Shown here: positions 56,753-64,000 of the stretch, piece by piece
Numbering within the stretch: the stretch's first letter is position 1
Layout: the number at the start of each line of letters is the position of its first letter
Notes under the pieces: model-generated
What the model saw: the letters and a program-made list of their open reading frames with translations, nothing else
The model's database searches: none
Told to the model about the DNA's origin: nothing
Translations under genes and position numbers: made by a program
Assembly: GCA_964533825.1 (NCBI GenBank)
Contig: CAZHMU010000001.1
Span: 185,970 to 249,969, forward strand
Direction of reading: 5' to 3'
DNA length: 64,000 nt
Source: an uncultured Oscillospiraceae bacterium
Lineage (GTDB): Bacteria > Bacillota > Clostridia > Christensenellales > CAG-314

Positions 56753-57889
56753 TTAGAAATTTTGAGTGTCAAAATAAGTGTCAAATTTAACTGCTTCTTT
56801 GCGCTCAAATTCCGCGGAAACGTGCGTGTAGACGTTCAGCGTCATTTCCAGCGTTTTGTGACCCAACCATTGTTGTACCGTTTTTGCGGTTACACCACGT
56901 TCTGCGCAACGTGTCGCAAAGGTGTGTCGTAACGAGTGCGTAGATATTCCTGTGATGTTTAACGTCTTGCAAAGCTCGATAATCTTGCGCTGGTATACTG
57001 GCCTTGAGTAAATGCACACATTGCCGCTACCTGCTCGGTCCAGCAGTTGCGCCGTCTGGCTAAACAACGGCATTGTACGTTTTTCACCAGTCTTTGTGCA
57101 TTTCAGCTGGTTACGATCGGTCAGCGACTTGCTGATGGTTATAGTCCTGTTTGAAAAGTCTATGTCGTCATACGTCAGCGCCAGCGCCTCGCCAAGGCGC
57201 AAACCCTGATACAAGCACAGCAAGAACAGCAAGCCCTCCTTGCACGACTTGCAAGCTTCTACAAGTCTATGTTCCTCATCCACCGTCAACGCACGTTTCT
57301 CCGCGCGTTTCTCGCGCTTGATCTCAACTGCATCAAACGGATTTTCGGTAATCAACTTGTTTTTGACAGCTTTTGTCATAGCATCTTTCAAGTTGATGTA
57401 GATTAGCTCACGTTTGCGGCTACCGTCTACACTATTCAAAAAGTCTTGTATAGCAATAGACGTTAGCTTTTTCAGCGGAACATTTAGCAACGGCTGCATA
57501 TTCTTGACTGTGTACCGTATTTTGACAAGCGTAGTTGGTTGCACTTTCGGTTTCTTGTACAACTCCAGCCATTTCTCCAGCCATTCGGCAAGTGTCATTT
57601 GCTTGGGTGGCTCTTTTTGTTTCTTCGGCTTGCCAGATAATGCCTGCTTCAAGGCAGTTACGCACTCGTCCACCGTCTTGCCGTAAACGCTGCACTGCTT
57701 TCCATCTTGGTAATATCTCGCCCAGTAACGTCCGTCTGGGCGCTTTTTTATTGTTTTGTTTTTGTATCTTCTCACTTCCTCCCCCTGTGGCAAGACGGCT
57801 GACACCTGTTTTGACGTAGAGGGCGTGTCACTCATGTAGCCCCAAAGCGATGCCAGCACAAGACTGATCTCCCTTTGACGTTCGCTCAT
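56753..57889 (-). CDS. Tyrosine-type site-specific integrase
   Basis: C-terminal catalytic motifs HSLRHTFATRCAERG...LGHKTLEMTLNVYTHV. N-terminal arm-binding-type KKRPDGRYWARYYQDGKQCSVYGKT. The start is uncertain: ATG 57889 or 57835. The ORF-track start at 58045 is unlikely. Confidence 0.9.
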   Translation of the reverse strand: MSERQREISLVLASLWGYMSDTPSTSKQVSAVLPQGEEVRRYKNKTIKKRPDGRYWARYYQDGKQCSVYGKTVDECVTALKQALSGKPKKQKEPPKQMTLAEWLEKWLELYKKPKVQPTTLVKIRYTVKNMQPLLNVPLKKLTSIAIQDFLNSVDGSRKRELIYINLKDAMTKAVKNKLITENPFDAVEIKREKRAEKRALTVDEEHRLVEACKSCKEGLLFLLCLYQGLRLGEALALTYDDIDFSNRTITISKSLTDRNQLKCTKTGEKRTMPLFSQTAQLLDRAGSGNVCIYSRPVYQRKIIELCKTLNITGISTHSLRHTFATRCAERGVTAKTVQQWLGHKTLEMTLNVYTHVSAEFERKEAVKFDTYFDTQNF

Positions 57890-58103
57890 AAAGTTGAGTT
57901 CGACAGCGATTTCTTTAATCTTTTTTTTACGTCCATTTGAAAATCTCCTTTTTGCAAAGAGTGTACTCCTCAAACAAACGCATTGCAATAGCTGTGTGAT
58001 TTCTAAAAATTCGATTCCCGGCAATTTTGCGATATTTTCACACACGCAAGTGAAATTGCACTATCAACGTATCGAAGATCCACACGGTAGTATCACGTGG
58101 CAA

Positions 58104-58472
58104 TCACTTACGTTGATACTGTGGAAGTACAAAGTCTGGGTGTTCCTCAATGAGACGTGCAACGTAGCCGATCACTGCAGCAATACCCAGGTCGTTGAGC
58201 TTTGTTGTTGCATCCACCAGCTTTAGTGTGCTGGGGCGCAGTTCTGGGCGCTTGTCTACCGCTGTGCCTGCGTGAGGTTCACGTCCTAACAGTTCGTCTG
58301 TTGTACAGCCGAAGAAGTCTGCCAACTTAATAAGTTGACGACAGTTTGGCTCCGTTAACCCATTGTACCATTTATTTATCGTTGCGGCAGGCATACCAAT
58401 TCCATCACTCAGGACTTTCTGACTTCCACCACACTGCTCATCTATAAAGTCTTTCAAAACATCCTTAAACAT
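58104..58472 (-). CDS. XRE/cI-like repressor of the element
   Basis: 122 aa; strong RBS AAAGGAG; HTH motif SQKVLSDGIGMPAATINKWYNG...LADFFGCTTDELLG. Confidence 0.85.
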   Translation of the reverse strand: MFKDVLKDFIDEQCGGSQKVLSDGIGMPAATINKWYNGLTEPNCRQLIKLADFFGCTTDELLGREPHAGTAVDKRPELRPSTLKLVDATTKLNDLGIAAVIGYVARLIEEHPDFVLPQYQRK

Positions 58473-58510
58473 AACATTTTCTCCTTTTTGTTTTTATTAT
58501 AACCCACAAA

Positions 58511-58587
58511 ATAACTTTTTGTTGAAAAAATTAACAAAAAGTTATTGCAATTTACAAAAAGTTATGTTAAAATAACGAAAAGTTAAT
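58511..58587. promoter_or_regulatory. Operator-like repeats (core ACAAAAAGTTAT) overlapping the repressor promoter
   Basis: A perfect 13-bp inverted repeat (ataactttttgtt at 58511-58523, aacaaaaagttat at 58533-58545). There is a third direct copy acaaaaagttat (58554-58565) and a degenerate fourth, acgaaaagttaat (58575-58587). A minus-strand TATAAT lies at about 58495-58500. Confidence 0.55.
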
Positions 58588-58612
58588 TTTTCGGAGGCAA
58601 TTACGAAAACAA

Positions 58613-58729
58613 CTAAAAAAGACAACCAGTTGATCGGTTGTCGTTGAGTGAGTGTTGTATTTGATGATTAGCAATACTATCGTTTGCTATTCTGGCAATC
58701 AATTTTGCCCCAGCTTTGATAATTCCCAT
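58613..58729 (-). CDS. Possible 38-aa small protein
   Basis: ATG 58729 lies 7 nt after AAAGGAGG. MGIIKAGAKLIARIANDSIANHQIQHSLNDNRSTGCLF. Its last codons form a hairpin (gacaaccg/cggttgtc, 58621-58642) followed by U6. Confidence 0.3.
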   Translation of the reverse strand: MGIIKAGAKLIARIANDSIANHQIQHSLNDNRSTGCLF

Positions 58730-58809
58730 AGACTTATCCTCCTTTGGGTTATTGTTTTTTCCAGCTATTATTATACCACAATGGGAGCAATAAGTCAATG
58801 GGAGTTGTC

Positions 58810-58841
58810 GTGTTGCCTGCCCCAACGCGGGCAGGCAACAC
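58810..58841. other. GC-rich perfect 13-bp inverted repeat (hairpin) with no U-tract
   Basis: gtgttgcctgccc-caacgc-gggcaggcaacac, read directly, 24 nt upstream of the first + strand small gene. Confidence 0.9.
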
Positions 58842-58864
58842 AAACAAAATACAAGGAGGTAATT

Positions 58865-58993
58865 ATGAAAGATTACCAAAAACCACTTCCCAAGTCTGCG
58901 CTTGGGCTGCGCAACTGGGGCAAGTACGAAAAGCCCATGCCATTCAACATCTACGTAAACGTGTTGAACAAAGACGATGGAAAAGCAGTATAG
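58865..58993 (+). CDS. Small early protein (42 aa)
   Basis: ATG 58865 lies 5 nt after AAGGAGG. MKDYQKPLPKSALGLRNWGKYEKPMPFNIYVNVLNKDDGKAV. Confidence 0.45.
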   Translation: MKDYQKPLPKSALGLRNWGKYEKPMPFNIYVNVLNKDDGKAV

Positions 58994-59147
58994 CCAGGGC
59001 GTATGCGAGAGATTTCTTTCGCAACTTAAAGCTATCAAAAGACGTAAAGAGCTGTTGCTCTTGGGTTACGATGCCAAAATTGTTGTGAAATACCACTGGC
59101 AAGGGTATGAACTCGTGACCTATTATGCAGTCGTCTGGGTTATGTAA
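58977..59147 (+). CDS. Possible small protein (56 aa)
   Basis: The ATG overlaps the end of the previous gene. MEKQYSQGVCERFLSQLKAIKRRKELLLLGYDAKIVVKYHWQGYELVTYYAVVWVM. Weak RBS. Too short for the ORF track. Confidence 0.3.
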   Translation: MEKQYSQGVCERFLSQLKAIKRRKELLLLGYDAKIVVKYHWQGYELVTYYAVVWVM

Positions 59148-59173
59148 CTAAAAAAACAAAGGAGAGTAAACAC

Positions 59174-59452
59174 ATGAACACACCACAACAAACAGTCAAA
59201 GCAAGTATGTTTTTTGAGCTGGACAAGATCTACGCACAATGCTGTAGTTACGCGATCCTGAACAGTTGCAGTCTGGATGAAGCCCAGCTGGATGTCCTTG
59301 GCGAAATTGTGTTTGCCGAGAACGGCAACGTTTGCAAGCTCAAAGCGGAAAATGAGCTCAACATCACTATTGTGAGTGACGAGAAGACCGCAGCTTCGCG
59401 CGACGTCGAGAAAAATATCACAAAGAGGAAGAACGAGAATGTTAATATCTGA
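59174..59452 (+). CDS. Hypothetical early protein (92 aa)
   Basis: RBS AAAGGAGAG, then ATG 59174. No motif recognised. Confidence 0.55.
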   Translation: MNTPQQTVKASMFFELDKIYAQCCSYAILNSCSLDEAQLDVLGEIVFAENGNVCKLKAENELNITIVSDEKTAASRDVEKNITKRKNENVNI

Positions 59453-59798
59453 ACGAAGCCTCGACAGGTACAAACTAACCATCATCCACTACGGAGTTGA
59501 TGGCATTTTTGCTGTCAAGTATGACGAACCACTAAAGCCAGCGAAGCCGAAGCTCTACGAAGACTGCTACAACTGGAAACACCATAGTGAGGGCGACTGC
59601 TACACTTTGGTTCTTCCAAAGCCAACTCCACGTAACGTGATCTACTCGTTAGTTCTACGTCGCACATCAATCAATCGTTACGAAGTAACCTTTGCCAGCG
59701 TGGACTGTTGTGAGTCTGTCGTTTGCAAGAGTATGTCTGCCGTCCACGAGGTATTGGCGCCACTTGTCATTTCTGCTGGAGGTACAGTAGCATGCTGA
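59439..59798 (+). CDS. Hypothetical early protein (119 aa)
   Basis: ATG 59439 overlaps the end of the previous gene and is preceded by a purine-rich stretch (aggaagaacgaga). MLISERSLDRYKLTIIHYGVDG.... Confidence 0.5.
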   Translation: MLISERSLDRYKLTIIHYGVDGIFAVKYDEPLKPAKPKLYEDCYNWKHHSEGDCYTLVLPKPTPRNVIYSLVLRRTSINRYEVTFASVDCCESVVCKSMSAVHEVLAPLVISAGGTVAC

Positions 59799-60034
59799 TT
59801 AGCTGTCAATTTTGTCCACATCGCGATGATCGCAACTTTGATTGTGCCGAACTCTGCGAACTTTCCACTCCATTTGCCGAACGTAACGCGCGTGGCGAGA
59901 TTTTGTTTTTTACATACGAACAGGACGAAAACGGCCAATACGTCAAGCATTATAGCTCGTTGCCAGAGCTTGTAAACCGACTACGTGAGCAAGCCATTGA
60001 GAGGTTGAACTATGTCACTGCCAAAAAGCCTTGA
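59792..60034 (+). CDS. Hypothetical Cys-containing small protein (80 aa)
   Basis: ATG 59792 follows GGAGG. MLISCQFCPHRDDRNFDCAELCEL.... It overlaps both neighbouring genes. Confidence 0.5.
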   Translation: MLISCQFCPHRDDRNFDCAELCELSTPFAERNARGEILFFTYEQDENGQYVKHYSSLPELVNRLREQAIERLNYVTAKKP

Positions 60035-60563
60035 AGAACATCCAAACTATTATGCCATTATTCCAGCAGACATACGGTATTGCAAAGAGCTGCCAAACGG
60101 CGCAAAGCTGCTTTATGGCGAGATAACGGCCCTATCCAACGCCAAGCGACGTTGTAACGCGCGCAACAAGTATTTTGCAGAGCTTTACGGCGTGGACGTG
60201 AGGACCATCCAGAACTGGATCCACTTGTTAGAGGAGCACGGCTTTATTGAAAAGTGGGAACAAAGCGAAACATCCAGCGGATGCAGAGAGTTGCGTATCG
60301 CAGGTTGCACCACGCAACAAGTGTACGCACAAGACAGCTACGAGCAGGTAATGGACCGCTGCAGAATTACAAACCGCTTATTGCGGAAAGCCCTGTTTGA
60401 GTTCATAAAACACTGCCAGCTAAACGGCAGAACCGTAACCAACGACAAACTGTACAGCATTATCGTACGCCTTGATTTAGAACATTTACATGACGACGAG
60501 GCAAAGATCCAAAGTCTGTACACCGCACGTGATAAAGGTTGGTTTGATATACCAGAGAGATAA
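60012..60563 (+). CDS. Replisome-organizer/DnaD-like HTH protein (putative replication initiator of the element)
   Basis: 183 aa. The N-terminus YAIIPADIRYCKELPNGAKLLYGEITALSN...FAELYGVDVRTIQNWIHLLEEHGFI is an HTH_36-type winged helix. The C-terminus LRKALFEFIKHCQLNGRTVTNDKL...ARDKGW is DnaD/phage-replication-like. Confidence 0.6.
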   Translation: MSLPKSLEEHPNYYAIIPADIRYCKELPNGAKLLYGEITALSNAKRRCNARNKYFAELYGVDVRTIQNWIHLLEEHGFIEKWEQSETSSGCRELRIAGCTTQQVYAQDSYEQVMDRCRITNRLLRKALFEFIKHCQLNGRTVTNDKLYSIIVRLDLEHLHDDEAKIQSLYTARDKGWFDIPER

Positions 60564-60586
60564 AACGCTCTTTATTTTTTTGCATA

Positions 60587-60653
60587 GGGGTGAAAAAATT
60601 TTCATCCCCCCATGAAAAAATTTTCACCCCTCCCCATGAAAAAATTTTCACCC
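60587..60653. repeat. Three iteron-like direct repeats (core TGAAAAAATTTTCA flanked by G/C4 runs), putative origin
   Basis: Cores start at 60591, 60613 and 60637 (22- and 24-bp spacing), immediately downstream of the replication-like gene. A roughly 100-bp very AT-rich tract follows (60654-60760). Confidence 0.8.
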
Positions 60654-60915
60654 AAGGAATATTACAAGATTAAATATTACAGTAAGTACTGTAAGTAAGA
60701 AAGTAATACTAATATTTATTTCTCAATATTTAGTTTATTATTATATAAATCTTTAAGAAAACGGTGGTTTGGGGCAAATCAAAAAGCGTAAGGCCCACTC
60801 CAGTCAATGCGACGTAACGAGCAACGCTTTCCATCGACTATTCGCTTTTACACGTCGAAAGACGTTTGAAAGGCATTGAGACAAAGTCCAATGCGTTTAG
60901 ACAGGAGGTAATCCT

Positions 60916-62100
60916 ATGAAACTAAAAGAAAAAGCAAATTTGGCACTGGGCCTTGCGATCGTAATGCTCATTGTAATGATCGGCTGCGCAGTTTGTGCCA
61001 TTGGTGCTGCCAGATGTTGGTTTGGCCATGCCTATGGCGAAGACGGCATCTGCACTAAATGTGGCGCACAAGCTCCAGCAAGCGAAGAACTGGAAGATGA
61101 TGGCGGTTTGGACGTTGGCCCAGAAGTTCAAGCACGTGGTATGCGTCTTGCGAGCGTTAAAATTCCACGTCCACAATTCTCTGAAGAAGGCATCGAGCCT
61201 CTTGCAGAAAGCGCACAGCAACTCACTGCAACTATCACACCAGCTGACGCTATCAACCAAGAGGTTGATTGGAAGATTGAGTGGGTAAACGCAAGCAGCT
61301 CTTGGGCAAAAGGCAAGACTGTTACTGACTATGTTACAATCGCCCCAACATCTGACGGCGCATTGACAGCCAACTTGACTTGTTTGCAAGCTTTTGCTGA
61401 ACAAATCATCGTTACAGTAACGGTACGCAGTGACGCTGGCTTTTACGCAACAGCTCTTGTTGACTACGAAAAGCGCATCCTTGGTTTCGACTTTGCAATT
61501 GGTCAAACTTGGGAAGGCAATGAATATGTATCTCCTGTTCAATGGAATATGACAACAGCTAATCTTACCGCAACAGTAGACTTGCCATTTATGTCCAGCG
61601 TATTTGACGGCACCAATGTTTTCCAACAAAACTGGATTATGGCCTATGACTACACTGATAGCGATTACGTCTTTGTTACGGTTACTCCCCACTACTCCAT
61701 CTATACAAAAGACCGTGATTTGAGTTCTGTTAAGATTCAAGTTGCACCAACATCTTCATATCTTGCAGCGCTCCAAGCAGCAGGCTTGAATGGTGGCACC
61801 CCTGGTTTTTATGTTACTGTATATGAAGGCGATCTCAGCGAAATCGAATTTTCTGTTGTTGATTTGATGATGGATTGCATGGTTAGCAATGAGAATGAAT
61901 TTGCTTACTACGAAGATTATGCTGCACTGCGTACGGCATTGCGTGAGAAGATTGACTCTACTATGATGCAAATCAAGATTGAGTGTCCAGGCGGCGACAG
62001 CCGCGATGCTATCACTATTTATAACGTCAAATTCTCTGAAGACTCCGTATCTCCAGTTGTTGAAGGTATCACAGTAACTCCTGATAACATCGAGTTCTAA
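60916..62100 (+). CDS. Membrane-anchored protein with a Cys motif and a Big_2-like Ig domain
   Basis: 394 aa; RBS AGGAGG. N-terminal TM LALGLAIVMLIVMIGCAVCAIGAA, then CWFGHAYGEDGICTKCG. LTATITPADAINQEVDWKIEWVN...VTVTVRSDAGFYATALV resembles a Big_2 domain. Confidence 0.6.
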   Translation: MKLKEKANLALGLAIVMLIVMIGCAVCAIGAARCWFGHAYGEDGICTKCGAQAPASEELEDDGGLDVGPEVQARGMRLASVKIPRPQFSEEGIEPLAESAQQLTATITPADAINQEVDWKIEWVNASSSWAKGKTVTDYVTIAPTSDGALTANLTCLQAFAEQIIVTVTVRSDAGFYATALVDYEKRILGFDFAIGQTWEGNEYVSPVQWNMTTANLTATVDLPFMSSVFDGTNVFQQNWIMAYDYTDSDYVFVTVTPHYSIYTKDRDLSSVKIQVAPTSSYLAALQAAGLNGGTPGFYVTVYEGDLSEIEFSVVDLMMDCMVSNENEFAYYEDYAALRTALREKIDSTMMQIKIECPGGDSRDAITIYNVKFSEDSVSPVVEGITVTPDNIEF

Positions 62101-62118
62101 TCAAGGAGATGACGGCCA

Positions 62119-62667
62119 ATGAAAAAAGCTACATCAATACTTGCAGTAATCATTGCCATTATGCTCATTGCCGTACTCCTACTCTTTGCATACCGTTACA
62201 CTAACGGATTTACAGGTTCACCTCAATGGTTCTACGTGCAATGCGGCAAGCAAAGATTGTTTGACCAAAGCACAAATAACAAATTCTCGAAAATATTAAC
62301 GTTGAAGGTCCATAGCCTCAATCTGCTTATAGAGCCATTTACATACGACATTGTTCCGTACAACGACTTTACGTATCAGATTGACGGCGCCACGTACCAC
62401 TTTGCAGATATTGACAGTTTCCGCGGCTGCTTCGGCGAAACGGCTACCAAAAACACACTTGCGATCGACTTCCGTGGCCTATCCATATCTGAAGTGATTG
62501 CACGTGCGCACAATGTTGACGTCAAGGCAGTTACACTGGATGAATTGCCACGAGGCGATTTGTTCAAACTTGTTATCTCATCTGGTGACAACAGCGTATG
62601 CATCTGTTTTCGCATTGGATCTAACGTTACAAACATCGAACTTGACCCAACGGAGGTGATACTATGA
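62119..62667 (+). CDS. Single-pass membrane protein (182 aa), unknown function
   Basis: RBS AAGGAG. N-terminal TM SILAVIIAIMLIAVLLLFAY. Confidence 0.55.
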   Translation: MKKATSILAVIIAIMLIAVLLLFAYRYTNGFTGSPQWFYVQCGKQRLFDQSTNNKFSKILTLKVHSLNLLIEPFTYDIVPYNDFTYQIDGATYHFADIDSFRGCFGETATKNTLAIDFRGLSISEVIARAHNVDVKAVTLDELPRGDLFKLVISSGDNSVCICFRIGSNVTNIELDPTEVIL

Positions 62668-63926
62668 AACCACAACTTCGACGCCTCATCGTATCGCTGC
62701 TAATTGTGCTACTTGTGGGCTGTGGTGGAAACGCCACAGCCCTGGCACAAACTGATACCTCCAATGTGTTGGATGACTTGCAAAAAGATAGCACTTTTGC
62801 CTTGTCTGACTACCCACAAATTGACGGTGACTACAGCTTGGATGTTATACAGCTTGCAGAAAGCACTGATTGCGAGCTACTGCTGTATGTGTACCAACCC
62901 AGCGGCACGTTGAAAGCTACGAGCGTAAACATTTCTCAATCAGTTGCAGATGACGTAGATCCACACAACTACAAATTGACCTTGCTCTCCAATGTTGGAA
63001 CACTGTCAAAGTATCTCGTTGAAGGTATCAAATTATCAACCGAGCGCACGCACTACTACTCGATCACATCCATTTTCCGCAAGTGGACTGCTGAGATTGA
63101 TGAGAGTTCTGGCGCCGATAACACGATTGACGAAGTGAGTTATGACGTGGGCCAAAAGTGGACTGTCACAAGCGTAAACGGCAACGTGACCTACCATTGC
63201 ACCGACATTGAGACAATCAAGATACTCAATCCGTACACAAACCACATTTTGTACATTGAGGGTTTGAAATACTTTCATCTTAGTTCGTGTCACGCTCACT
63301 ATGTTGCATTCTCAACAGACCTACCTATAGACGACTTGTTGGAAGCAAGTGTGTCTTTTGAAAGCCGTACTGTTGAGACGAAGCTTTACGTAACAACGTA
63401 TGGCGGCTGGCAACCGCAAGAGGTTTCTTTCTCAAAAGATGACGTTGTTGTAAGCGACAACGGCGAGACGTACTTGTATGCTGCGGAGGAATATGAGTTT
63501 TCACGTATTGTCAAGACGGAGGAGTTTATGGCAACAGAAGACTTGGATGACGCAGAGAAAGAGGCCATTGCAAACACAGAATGGGTATTGCGCTTTTATG
63601 AAACACCTTATGTAGTGCGTTCTCTTGTTCCTCTGGATCAAGACTTCACTGAAATAGCAAACGTAACAATACTCCGCTTGAAGTTTGAAACGGACGGCAA
63701 AGTGTACGATATGGGCGCGGTAATGAACAAGATCACTAACCCAAGACCTACACTTTCTGGAATAAACATACCAAACTGGGTTTGGATTGCTGTTGCTGTT
63801 ATCATAGTTTGCATTGTATGTGCAATCTCAAAACCTGCGGCTGCAGTAATCGTATGGGTTTTCAAGAACATCATCTTTGCGCCATTCAAACTTGTGATCT
63901 CACTATTTAGGAGGGACAAGAAATGA
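62664..63926 (+). CDS. Putative lipoprotein with a C-terminal membrane anchor (420 aa), unknown function
   Basis: The ATGA overlaps the upstream stop; RBS GGAGGTG. Signal/lipobox LLIVLLVGCGG; C-terminal TM WVWIAVAVIIVCIVCAI. Confidence 0.6.
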   Translation: MKPQLRRLIVSLLIVLLVGCGGNATALAQTDTSNVLDDLQKDSTFALSDYPQIDGDYSLDVIQLAESTDCELLLYVYQPSGTLKATSVNISQSVADDVDPHNYKLTLLSNVGTLSKYLVEGIKLSTERTHYYSITSIFRKWTAEIDESSGADNTIDEVSYDVGQKWTVTSVNGNVTYHCTDIETIKILNPYTNHILYIEGLKYFHLSSCHAHYVAFSTDLPIDDLLEASVSFESRTVETKLYVTTYGGWQPQEVSFSKDDVVVSDNGETYLYAAEEYEFSRIVKTEEFMATEDLDDAEKEAIANTEWVLRFYETPYVVRSLVPLDQDFTEIANVTILRLKFETDGKVYDMGAVMNKITNPRPTLSGINIPNWVWIAVAVIIVCIVCAISKPAAAVIVWVFKNIIFAPFKLVISLFRRDKK

Positions 63927-64000
63927 AGAAAGTAATAGTAGTTTGTTTGGCCCTCCTGATGATGTTTATGTTGTCCGTACCCAGCATCGAGGCTGATGCA
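63923..64000 (+). CDS. Secreted protein, N-terminal fragment (continues beyond the window)
   Basis: ATGA overlap with the previous stop; RBS AGGAGGG. MKKVIVVCLALLMMFMLSVPSIEADA looks like a signal peptide. Confidence 0.45.
   Translation, partial: MKKVIVVCLALLMMFMLSVPSIEADA

Larger units (their letters stand above)
56658..64000. mobile_element. Integrated element (prophage-like or integrative-plasmid-like) next to the 3' end of tRNA-Leu; right end lies beyond the window
   Basis: A tyrosine integrase sits immediately after the tRNA. Then come a cI-like repressor, a divergent early region with operator repeats, a replisome-organizer-like gene, iterons and a cargo operon of unknown envelope proteins. 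No second att copy was found in the window. Confidence 0.65.

Noticed and set aside
58613-59038. Full 141-aa minus-strand ORF in the element's switch region.
   Set aside because: It would run across the GC hairpin and the + strand small genes with no RBS. Only the last 38 codons have a strong SD, and these are reported separately at low confidence.
60460-60651. 63-aa ORF with the repeated peptide KIFSWG.
   Set aside because: The peptide repeat is only the translation of the three iteron DNA repeats. There is no RBS and it is antisense to the replication gene's end.

Overview
This 64-kb window looks like a chromosomal segment of a low-GC (about 40-45% by eye), spore-forming Clostridia-type Firmicute. 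Evidence for that: pro-sigma-K, a SipL-like SPOCS/LysM protein, an orphan Spo0A_C protein and an L21-Prp-L27 operon. It holds about 60 protein genes, mostly on the minus strand, plus 3 tRNAs. TTG, GTG and ATC start codons are used.

Most genes are housekeeping: recJ (partial), a SecD/F-like gene, yebC, a TrmH-family methyltransferase, infC-rpmI-rplT, degV, yloU/yloV and rpmB, PAP2, lon, ispE, veg, udk, dinB (with a LexA box inside its promoter spacer), plsX, a MATE pump, a GH2 beta-galactosidase, a purine permease, a split chrA pair, sigK, ogg, a lipoprotein pullulanase, a HAD hydrolase, a CYTH protein, nrdR, purC and a GH95-like hydrolase.

Two accessory regions stand out.
1. 6.99-15.15 kb, beside tRNA-Cys/tRNA-Leu(TAA): three very large genes with no housekeeping role. 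They encode a 1199-aa tandem-TIR + Sel1/TPR protein, an 819-aa multi-TM + Rossmann/RCK-like + RyR-motif protein, and a 494-aa Cys-rich orphan. This is my best candidate for an undescribed conflict or signalling system.
2. 56.66 kb to beyond 64.0 kb: an element integrated next to an unusual tRNA-Leu whose anticodon loop reads AAG. It carries a tyrosine integrase, a cI-like repressor with repeated operators, small early genes, a replisome-organizer-like protein, three iterons plus an AT-rich tract, and a translationally coupled operon of unrecognisable envelope proteins that runs off the window.

Smaller oddities:
- an ATC start plus a leader attenuator on infC
- a G9 homopolymer inside an acyltransferase-like gene
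- a frameshifted radical-SAM gene
- a double zinc-ribbon protein with an extreme D/E tail
- an NYN-domain protein with tandem 21-bp (EPAPVEP) repeats

All calls rest on reading and translating the sequence by eye and on remembered family motifs. No database search was run.
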